DNA from: a virus | Taxonomy: Duplodnaviria; Caudoviricetes | Length of the DNA stretch: 64,000 nt | IMG/VR virus record: IMGVR_UViG_3300017716_001697 | Span: 192,001 to 256,000 of that record | Direction: 5' to 3' (one strand) | Shown here: one piece after another, positions 26,928 to 33,740 of the stretch | Position numbering within the stretch: position 1 is the first letter of the stretch | Layout of the letters: the number at the start of each line of letters is the position of its first letter | Program-made: the position numbers and the translations under genes | The notes under the pieces: generated by a model | The model's input: only the letters and a program-made list of their open reading frames with translations | What the model was told of the DNA's origin: nothing | Databases searched by the model: none

Positions 26928-27017
26928 TATCGAAGTACATTAACTGAGTACAAGGCTCAGCGTGCGAATTTTAGTAACTAAGCCTCAAGAGGAAGCTATA
27001 GTGTACTTCGATATGGT
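26924..27017 (+). ncRNA. Array element E3
   Basis: Perfect 16-bp stem ACCATATCGAAGTACA/TGTACTTCGATATGGT with three small internal hairpins. Confidence 0.8.
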
Positions 27018-27065
27018 ATAATGTAGACGTATATTGTAACATACACGGAAGGTAATTGGTCCGTG

Positions 27066-27189
27066 AAACTCGACTGTGGTGTAATGGTAGCACTCAAAAG
27101 TTCCTGGTTCGAATCCAGGCCCGCAATAACCAAAGGGGGTTCGGCACAACGAGTAGGAGAGATGGTTCGATTCCGTCCGAATAGAGTTT
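27066..27189 (+). ncRNA. Element E4: D-arm plus two T-arms, no anticodon arm
   Basis: GTGT-AATGGTA-GCAC; CCTGG-TTCGAAT-CCAGG; GATGG-TTCGATT-CCGTC; closed by AAACTC/GAGTTT. Confidence 0.6.
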
Positions 27190-27190
27190 G

Positions 27191-27269
27191 CATATTAGAG
27201 GGCATTATGCTTCTATTTAAAAAGGGAGCCTGTGCTGGCACATTGGCACATCTAATGTCCTCTAATATG
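27191..27269 (+). ncRNA. Array element E5
   Basis: 17-bp stem CATATTAGAGGGCATTA/TAATGTCCTCTAATATG. Confidence 0.8.
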
Positions 27270-27423
27270 ATGCAGGTAGGCAAATGTGGTAAAGCCGCCG
27301 GTTCGGTCCGGTGAGAGATATGTTGAAGTCTTACATGATGACGGGTAGCTGGGTCGACACAGTCCGTACAGTGGCAGGAGCGATATATTTCGTTTATGGG
27401 TTCGATTCCCATCTTGTATCCCA
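27269..27423 (+). ncRNA. tRNA-His-like RNA with 84-nt variable region and 6-nt anticodon loop
   Basis: G-1:C73 pair, acceptor ATGCAGG/CTTGTAT, D-arm GGC/GCC, T-arm ATGGG-TTCGATT-CCCAT, CCA end. Confidence 0.7.
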
Positions 27424-27428
27424 GAATA

Positions 27429-27628
27429 GCCAGGGTAGCTCAGTCAGGCACGAAACTTAAAGGGAAGATGTTGCAACATTCAACGGAGAGAAGTAATGAC
27501 TTAGGAAGGTTAAGTAGTAAGCATCTTATGATACGCGGTGTAAGGTGTGTAGGTGATAGCCAACTATTAAGTAGAGCAACCAGTATCTAACTGGAAGGTC
27601 GTTGGTTCAATTCCATCCGCTGGCACCA
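27429..27628 (+). ncRNA. tRNA-like RNA with a ~120-nt structured D-loop insertion
   Basis: Acceptor GCCAGGG/CGCTGGC, D-stem GCTC/GAGC enclosing 132 nt, anticodon arm CCAG-TATCTAA-CTGG, T-loop TTCAATT, ACCA. Confidence 0.75.
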
Positions 27629-27634
27629 AATTAT

Positions 27635-27749
27635 GCGATGATAGCTTCAGGTTGGTAGAGCGCGTCATTGAATGCCCTATTTATTCTACGTTATGGTATA
27701 TAGGCGAGTGGTCAGGACGAGGTCGCAGGTTCAACGCCTGCTCATTGTA
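27635..27749 (+). ncRNA. tRNA-Phe(GAA)-like RNA with ~40 extra nt in the anticodon loop
   Basis: Acceptor GCGATGA/TCATTGT, D-arm GCTT/GAGC, CGTCA-TT-GAA...GGACG, T-arm GCAGG-TTCAACG-CCTGC. Confidence 0.72.
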
Positions 27750-27753
27750 TAAG

Positions 27754-27861
27754 CCATATGAGAATACACTGTGGAGAGCACTGCGTATGACTGGGAAGGT
27801 TTGAACCCGACTCACATCGTCACTCGGTATCCTGCGGCCGCAACAGTGTATTCCCATATGG
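27754..27861 (+). ncRNA. Array element E7 (paralog of E1)
   Basis: CCATATG-A-GAATACACTGT / ACAGTGTATTC-C-CATATGG; compensatory changes relative to E1. Confidence 0.8.
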
Positions 27862-28185
27862 TACGAAGGGTAGAAGATGATATCAAAGGCTATTTCCTTT
27901 TTTGATAGACGAAACGCTGTGGCCACGGTGTTAGACTACTTATTGGTTAACCATTGTACCGCCAGATTCCGAAGCCTGTAATCAGGCCTGCCAAACAGTA
28001 AATTGGAGTGTGGGAGGACGCACTTAAAACCATCTCCCGCAGGGTCACCATGTGTTATGAGCGGTGATAGTTTAGCGAACCGGAGTCCTAAAAACCGGAA
28101 GGGTAAAGCAAACTTACCTACAAGTAGCGAAAGGTCTGCTATAGCAGTCAAGCCATCCTAGTCTGGAAAACTAGGGTGCATTTAT
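27862..28185 (+). ncRNA. Unassigned multi-hairpin RNA ending in a terminator-like stem
   Basis: Stems TATCAAA/TTTGATA, GCCTG/CAGGC, GAGTGTG/CGCACTT, TCACC/GGTGA, GGGTAA/TTACCT, CATCCTAG/CTAGGGTG. Confidence 0.45.
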
Positions 28186-28348
28186 TTTAGAAAGATATCC
28201 ATATGTACACTTATGCATGGACCATATTTGGTTATTACGGTGGACCTACTATGACAACAAATTATCAACAACACTGTTCGTGGTACACTGTTGACGATTT
28301 TGGTGATCTCGTACCTGCCACATACAAAATGGATTATTTGGAGACAAC

Positions 28349-28558
28349 ATGACACAGAAAATTTACGGATTAATTGCTGACGGCGGTGACGGAAGTTCTA
28401 GCATGCGTTGGTTTCGATCTTTTGATAAGGTTAACGAATTGCTCGACGAAGAGAATGGGCACGAGGAATATTGGGCGAACGAAGGCGGACCTGCCGAAAG
28501 ACTTACCTTCCCCGATGATCTTAATCTTGAGGAGTGCGGATTCTACTTTAGTGACTGA
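28349..28558 (+). CDS. Acidic hypothetical protein
   Basis: RBS GGAG; DGGDGSSS...WF. Confidence 0.7.
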   Translation: MTQKIYGLIADGGDGSSSMRWFRSFDKVNELLDEENGHEEYWANEGGPAERLTFPDDLNLEECGFYFSD

Positions 28559-28563
28559 AACGT

Positions 28564-28797
28564 ATGACGTACAAATACGTGATTACTGTAGACTATCCTG
28601 AGCGAAGGCATATCTGGGATTGGTGTGTAGAACACATAGGTAAGTCAGCGCATGATACATTTTACTATGATCCGGGACAAGGGCAGTGGCCCAATATTCC
28701 GAAATTCATAATTTATAATCCAGAACATGCTACATTGTTTAAATTAGTATGGGGTGAATATATAAAGGGCAACGTGAAGGCCCCGTGCAGTATATAG
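28564..28797 (+). CDS. Family A small protein
   Basis: IWDWCVEHIG...FIIYNPEHATLFKLVWG. Confidence 0.8.
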   Translation: MTYKYVITVDYPERRHIWDWCVEHIGKSAHDTFYYDPGQGQWPNIPKFIIYNPEHATLFKLVWGEYIKGNVKAPCSI

Positions 28798-28874
28798 CGG
28801 CATACCCGTATCTACTGCATAAAGGTATAGACTAGTAATACCACGGCTCTTGGTTGTTATCGGACTAAACAACC

Positions 28875-29011
28875 ACCATATCAAATCATATTGCCCTACC
28901 CATTGGGTAGCAGACAGTGGTTGGAAGGATCTGCTCGTTACTCGCCGCGTTGGATGCACTCGGGTTGCACCGATGCCAACAGACAGTGATTGCAGTATGA
29001 TTTGATATGGT
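28875..29011 (+). ncRNA. Array element E8
   Basis: 20-bp stem ACCATATCAAATCATATTGC/GCAGTATGATTTGATATGGT with a branched interior. Confidence 0.8.
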
Positions 29012-29119
29012 CATTATATAGAAACAGAATTCTATGTTACAGGCGTGGGGGGTACGAACCACATTAAATAAATAAGTAACTGAAAATCCTGTGCCCCTCG
29101 AGTATGTTTCTATATGGTG
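29012..29119 (+). ncRNA. Array element E9
   Basis: 15-bp stem CATTATATAGAAACA/TGTTTCTATATGGTG abutting E8. Confidence 0.7.
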
Positions 29120-29242
29120 ATGTAGTGTCCTCGAAAGGGACTGTGGCGGGGCGGAACGGATCGTTATACGGTGATGCCCATGAGAATTCAATCCACACGG
29201 AGCAAGAGTAAGTGAACGTGAGTAGCCGACTACCAATCACCA
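29115..29242 (+). ncRNA. Array element E10
   Basis: TGGTGAT-GTAGT / ACTAC-CA-ATCACCA; overlaps the 3' end of E9. Confidence 0.55.
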
Positions 29243-29275
29243 TAACCATTAGACAGCGGCGGCGCCGGGTGTTAT

Positions 29276-29333
29276 AATATGCTGAGCCTAGTACAAAGGG
29301 TCGACACGCAAGATACATAATTCGCAGCATATT
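29276..29333 (+). ncRNA. Array element E11
   Basis: AATATGCTG/CAGCATATT stem abutting E12. Confidence 0.5.
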
Positions 29334-29463
29334 TCTTATTGAAGTACATTTTTGTCCACATTTCTCCAGGGAGCGACTGTGGGTGCGTTGTCACTAAACT
29401 ATACGACGCCAACCATCCCTAGACTGTACGTAAGACACACAGTTGGAATGTGCTTCAATAAGA
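29334..29463 (+). ncRNA. Array element E12 (paralog of E3)
   Basis: 17-bp stem TCTTATTGAAGTACATT/AATGTGCTTCAATAAGA. Confidence 0.78.
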
Positions 29464-29480
29464 TTTAACACATAAATTAT

Positions 29481-29750
29481 ATGTCACACTCAATGCAACT
29501 TAACATACCAGACCGAGTTTTCGGTAATTGTCATTACCTTGTGGCTCCTCGCATCAGAGAATGGATGGATGAATATAAGTTGCATATCTCGTACTGTGGA
29601 TCTAATTTATCGGGTACAGGATACAACAAGAACGGGGAATCTAATAAAGAATGGTCCTACATGGTGTACAATATCAAAGAAGAAGATGCATCCATGTTTA
29701 AAATCCGATTCCCGGATTGCAAAGTGTATCTTAGTGAACAGGTTGCATAA
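29481..29750 (+). CDS. Family A small protein
   Basis: YNIKEEDASMFKIRFP. Confidence 0.75.
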   Translation: MSHSMQLNIPDRVFGNCHYLVAPRIREWMDEYKLHISYCGSNLSGTGYNKNGESNKEWSYMVYNIKEEDASMFKIRFPDCKVYLSEQVA

Positions 29751-29965
29751 TGGTAACATTTGAGCGTGGTACACACTATTGGCGTCAGATACGTAGGGAA
29801 TTCATTATGACACCAATGAATGCAAGAGCATACAAAGATGGATATGCAACGTATGGAGACTGGCTATTTAAACTAGGTGCAATGGAAGATAAGGCAACTA
29901 ATATAATTTTCGTTAACGACGAAGATGCCACATTAATCAAGCTACAGCATGGTTGGTGTGGATAA
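29750..29965 (+). CDS. Family A small protein
   Basis: IIFVNDEDATLIKLQHG. Confidence 0.75.
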   Translation: MVTFERGTHYWRQIRREFIMTPMNARAYKDGYATYGDWLFKLGAMEDKATNIIFVNDEDATLIKLQHGWCG

Positions 29966-30061
29966 GCTGTGAGGGTCGGCCACCGGGAACCGTAAATACC
30001 AAAGCAGAGGCAATGGAAGTATGTTCGACAAAATAACTATCTACAATCGCGATTGCCAACC

Positions 30062-30310
30062 ATGACTGAAGACGATACATTTCGTAAGTTAACTCAACGC
30101 CCATTTAAGGAAGTTCAGAGACGGATAATAAATGAACAGTTTGGGCGCATTGGCGGCGTTCGTGGATGGTCTGTTAGCAAGGATGGCACTACCCAGGCGG
30201 TAATACTAAAAGAATGCGGATGGACACGCGAAGAATATAACAAAGCTGAAGAACTATCAAATCCGTTATTGTACAAATATTTGAAAATGATTAAAGCTAT
30301 TCAAGTATAA
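30062..30310 (+). CDS. Family B small protein
   Basis: MTEDDTFRKL...GWTREEY. Confidence 0.8.
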   Translation: MTEDDTFRKLTQRPFKEVQRRIINEQFGRIGGVRGWSVSKDGTTQAVILKECGWTREEYNKAEELSNPLLYKYLKMIKAIQV

Positions 30311-30312
30311 TT

Positions 30313-30555
30313 ATGACTGAAGACGATACATTCCGTTTACTAAAGCGAACACCATATAGTGAAGTCCGTAGACTTATATACAAAGCAGAATATAATGTGT
30401 TGATGGGCATTGGCCGCACGTCTGTTACAAAGTCATCTCATATCTTAGCAGCCAATGGTTGGACAAGGGACGAGTACGACAATACAACACGGGACGAAAA
30501 CCCGTTGTTACATGCTTATCTCGATTCCATTAAAGATCTCAAACGGCTTGACTAA
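30313..30555 (+). CDS. Family B small protein
   Basis: MTEDDTFRLL...GWTRDEY. Confidence 0.8.
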   Translation: MTEDDTFRLLKRTPYSEVRRLIYKAEYNVLMGIGRTSVTKSSHILAANGWTRDEYDNTTRDENPLLHAYLDSIKDLKRLD

Positions 30556-30576
30556 TGTTGTTGCTCGCGTTATAAT
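30548..30576 (+). promoter_or_regulatory. sigma70-type early promoter
   Basis: TTGACT-N17-TATAAT. Confidence 0.75.
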
Positions 30577-30582
30577 ATACAC

Positions 30583-31029
30583 ATGGCAAAACCTAAACTA
30601 ACCACAGAAGAACGCGCAATGCGTAAGGCATTGAAACTTGCAGAAGAAGCTAATGCTCGCATGACCTATGAAGCAGAGAAAGCTGCGGCCGATGCAGTAT
30701 ATAAAGCTGGTCTACCAAAACGCTTAATGGATGCACAAGCATTGGCAGGTAGTTGTGGTGTCGCAACACATGTCGAACTTACTGCCACAGGCCCATCAGT
30801 TCGATTCGAATATGAGGATCATTCTCATAAATCATACATCGACGAGACACTAACGTACAAAAGCGAAGAATGGGAAGTTGAGTTCCTCGAGGGTAAGCTT
30901 CGTGACCTAAAGGCTCTACGTGATGCTGCTGCTGCACGATTACTCCTTGCCAAAACAGTCTTCGCCAAGTTAACTGATGATGAGAAGATTGCACTAAAAG
31001 AAAACATCATGTGGCTGCGGCTAACATAA
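30583..31029 (+). CDS. Hypothetical coiled-coil protein (near-leaderless)
   Basis: ATG 6 nt after the -10 box. Confidence 0.75.
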   Translation: MAKPKLTTEERAMRKALKLAEEANARMTYEAEKAAADAVYKAGLPKRLMDAQALAGSCGVATHVELTATGPSVRFEYEDHSHKSYIDETLTYKSEEWEVEFLEGKLRDLKALRDAAAARLLLAKTVFAKLTDDEKIALKENIMWLRLT

Positions 31030-31032
31030 ATG

Positions 31033-31061
31033 TTGACCTAGATTGATATCTGTCGTATAAT
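31033..31061 (+). promoter_or_regulatory. sigma70-type early promoter
   Basis: TTGACC-N17-TATAAT. Confidence 0.75.
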
Positions 31062-31091
31062 ACATTTAACGTAACAAAGAAGGATACTAAA

Positions 31092-31265
31092 ATGGCTGGT
31101 AAAGCAAAATCAATCTACCTTACAGTTTGCCCAAAAGGCAATCACAAAAGCGTATTGAAGAAGGTGTTCTTCGAAGCCAAGGCTTACAACGAGTTTGTGG
31201 GCACCGAAGAATTCAAAGCCCAATATCCTAAAGAAGAATTTGACATCATCAAAGAGACATACTGA
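31092..31265 (+). CDS. 57-aa protein (absent from ORF track)
   Basis: RBS AAGGA; MAGKAKSIYLTV...KETY. Confidence 0.75.
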   Translation: MAGKAKSIYLTVCPKGNHKSVLKKVFFEAKAYNEFVGTEEFKAQYPKEEFDIIKETY

Positions 31266-31266
31266 A

Positions 31267-31545
31267 ATGGACAACTGTGAAATCTGCAAGGGTGCCAGCG
31301 GTGGGGTTCTCGGCAACGAGAACATCATTGAAGGTGTTGTGATGTGTGATTATTGCAGTGCAGATTTCAAAGGTCCATATCTGATTGGTGGAACTACTAA
31401 ACCATCACCCGGCAAATACAACGTGGTTGTTGAGGGTGTACATACTTTCCTCCCAATATTTGCAACATATGACGGAGAGAATTGGAGTAAGATTCCTTTC
31501 TACGGCACGGGAAAGAAGGCATACTGGTATCCTAACAAGGAATGA
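31267..31545 (+). CDS. Small Zn-binding protein
   Basis: CEICKG...GNEN...MCDYC. Confidence 0.7.
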   Translation: MDNCEICKGASGGVLGNENIIEGVVMCDYCSADFKGPYLIGGTTKPSPGKYNVVVEGVHTFLPIFATYDGENWSKIPFYGTGKKAYWYPNKE

Positions 31546-31546
31546 G

Positions 31547-31813
31547 ATGAAAGATATTGTATTTGAAATAAATTCACCCGAATATATTACACGGCACCGT
31601 GATGATGACCGTGTAAATGTTGGGAGAATAGGCCCCGGTGGCAATCTGCAAATTGATTACTGGAATACAAAAAAGAAATGGTATATTTCTGCATACCATG
31701 CATATGACAATTGGTCAGCATATGTGGAAATCCCGGGCTCCCCATCAATTGATGAGTTTATTGAAAAATACAAAGTGGGCGATACGGTAGAATCAACAGT
31801 TATTCGGAACTAA
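31547..31813 (+). CDS. Hypothetical protein
   Basis: RBS AAGGA, coupled ORF. Confidence 0.65.
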   Translation: MKDIVFEINSPEYITRHRDDDRVNVGRIGPGGNLQIDYWNTKKKWYISAYHAYDNWSAYVEIPGSPSIDEFIEKYKVGDTVESTVIRN

Positions 31814-31819
31814 TACAAG

Positions 31820-33202
31820 ATGTCACATAAACTACTCGCAGAAATCGCAGCCGACAATGGTAAGCTGTACAAGATTGCTGTTATCAACCGCGAAGCCATT
31901 AAGGGCAACAATGAATTCTTTGCTGGTCTGCGTTATGCATTGGACAATATTGATACCTTTGGTGTAAAGAAGATTCCGGTTCGCGCTGGCTACGATGGTG
32001 CTGGTTTGCCGTTTCCTGCATTCGCTACATTTGCTAATGAACTGATCGCTCGCAACCTAACGGGCGGTGCTGCGATTACTGCAATCGAGCAGCTCATGGC
32101 TATCGCAACCAATGACGAGTGGAATGGCTGGTATCGTCCGATTCTTATTAAGGACTTAGGCTCTGGATTCAGTGAGTCCACTGTTAACAAGGCGGTTAAG
32201 GGCGTTAATCCGGCATACATTATCCCTGTTACTCCTTACATGCGGTGTAGTCTGCCACCTAAGTCCAACATGGACACATGGGACTACTCTGAAGGTGTGT
32301 ATTCACAAATCAAAGCAGACGGAATGTTTGCTTATGTGAATGTAAGCAAGGATGGTTTCGTGCAGATTACTTCACGTGGCGGTACAGTGATGCCACAGGG
32401 CGTACTCGGTATCGAGGATGCTGCGTCAAAGACTTTCCGACACGGTACAAGCACACACGGCGAGCTGACAGTGTATCGTAACGGTGTGATGCTGGAACGT
32501 CAGGTCGGTAATGGTATTCTGAATTCTGTATCCAAGGGCGGTGAGTTTGGCCCTGGTGAAGTTGTTGTATTTGATTGCTGGGATCAGATCCCACTGGAAC
32601 ACTTTGTTTCTAAAGGCAAGTACAAGGTTACATACCATAATCGTTTCGTCGATCTGGAAGCACAACTAGCTGCCAGTGCATCCGATCAAATCAAAATGAT
32701 CGAAACAAAGATTGTGTACAGTCCAGATGAATTGCTGGCACACTATCGTGATGCTCGTAAGCGTAAGCTGGAAGGCACTGTAGGCAAATGGCGTCACGGT
32801 GAATGGAAGGACGGCACAAGTAAGGACCAAGTAAAGCAGAAGGAAGTGATCGATGTTGAGCTTGAAATCAAAGGTTTTACCGTTGGTAAAAACAAGTTTG
32901 CACACTTGTTTGGCTCGCTCATCTGCCGTAGTAGCTGCGACCTGCTAGAAGTCAACGCTTCGGGTATCCCGGATGATTTACGAATTGAAATTAGCAACAA
33001 CCGCGACAAGTACATGAATAGTATTGCTACCATTCGCTCGAACGGTATCATGTATTCCACTAAGGAAGGTAAGTTGCATTCGCTGTTCCTGCCACGCCTA
33101 ATTGAACTGCGTGATGACAAAACGGTTGCTGACTCGTTCGAATACATTGAAGAGCAATTTGCTGCTGCAATGGGCACTGAAGAAGTAGAGGTCGAAGAAT
33201 GA
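31820..33202 (+). CDS. lig: ATP-dependent DNA ligase (T4 gp30-like)
   Basis: Motif I KADG, HGEL, FDCW, EGTVGK, motif V KQKE, OB fold ending LFLPRLIELRDDK. Confidence 0.93.
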   Translation: MSHKLLAEIAADNGKLYKIAVINREAIKGNNEFFAGLRYALDNIDTFGVKKIPVRAGYDGAGLPFPAFATFANELIARNLTGGAAITAIEQLMAIATNDEWNGWYRPILIKDLGSGFSESTVNKAVKGVNPAYIIPVTPYMRCSLPPKSNMDTWDYSEGVYSQIKADGMFAYVNVSKDGFVQITSRGGTVMPQGVLGIEDAASKTFRHGTSTHGELTVYRNGVMLERQVGNGILNSVSKGGEFGPGEVVVFDCWDQIPLEHFVSKGKYKVTYHNRFVDLEAQLAASASDQIKMIETKIVYSPDELLAHYRDARKRKLEGTVGKWRHGEWKDGTSKDQVKQKEVIDVELEIKGFTVGKNKFAHLFGSLICRSSCDLLEVNASGIPDDLRIEISNNRDKYMNSIATIRSNGIMYSTKEGKLHSLFLPRLIELRDDKTVADSFEYIEEQFAAAMGTEEVEVEE

Positions 33203-33357
33203 GCTTTACAGAACAGACACCATATCGCAGAGGATATGAGGATGCGCAGAACGGTAAGGAGTTCTATGAGAATCCATTCTTCCCCGGTACACCGGATCAC
33301 AACCAATATCGTGACGGTTGGGAAGATGTTGCAGGCGAAATAGGGGAAGAAGAATGA
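33199..33357 (+). CDS. Rmf/CrpP-fold-like 52-aa protein (absent from ORF track)
   Basis: YRRGYEDAQNG...NPF...QYRDGWED; ATGA overlaps at both ends. Confidence 0.55.
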   Translation: MSFTEQTPYRRGYEDAQNGKEFYENPFFPGTPDHNQYRDGWEDVAGEIGEEE

Positions 33358-33740
33358 AATCGCATGAATTAGCTGCTTTATTGTTGTCTCAACCTGACGT
33401 AGAGGTGGTAGCAAAAGGCGAGTGGGGATCAGAAATCATCACAGGGACAGTAATGGTAAAGCCTGCAGATGGTAATGCGGTGTATACCGATGCTGAATTG
33501 CAATCAATACGTGATGCTGTTGTTGAGTTCGATACAAAAGACTTTGCCGGCGAATACAATACAATGATTGAAGACATTAACGCAACGGCTGATCCGAAAC
33601 ATATCAAAGAACAGTTAGAGTATTGGGGTTCTCTGGAAAAATATACAGAAGTGTTTGCACGTGGCAGGGTGTACAATATGGAAATTCTAAATGCGTGTGA
33701 CACCGCTGAATATCAACTATTGCTGGTAGTGGAGACATGA
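33354..33740 (+). CDS. Hypothetical protein
   Basis: MKSHELAALLLSQPDVEV. Confidence 0.7.
   Translation: MKSHELAALLLSQPDVEVVAKGEWGSEIITGTVMVKPADGNAVYTDAELQSIRDAVVEFDTKDFAGEYNTMIEDINATADPKHIKEQLEYWGSLEKYTEVFARGRVYNMEILNACDTAEYQLLLVVET

Noticed and set aside
27429-27628. Amber suppressor (CUA) reading of the anticodon, implying genome recoding
   Set aside because: In the 7-nt loop register the anticodon is TCT, and TAG serves as a normal stop for intact genes (for example 22995, 26290, 50508).
26996-28151. Track ORFs across the RNA array (26996..27412, 27063..27314, 27396..27590, 27681..27926, 27936..28151)
   Set aside because: No RBS, atypical composition, and they overlap well-formed RNA structures.
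27862-28185. tmRNA, RNase P or SRP RNA
   Set aside because: No tRNA-like domain with CCA and tag ORF, no RNase P P4 signature, and only a partial SRP-like octamer.
26643-29463. CRISPR array interpretation of the stem-cargo units
   Set aside because: The repeats are inverted pairs enclosing the variable part, not direct repeats; unit lengths vary widely; no cas genes in the window.
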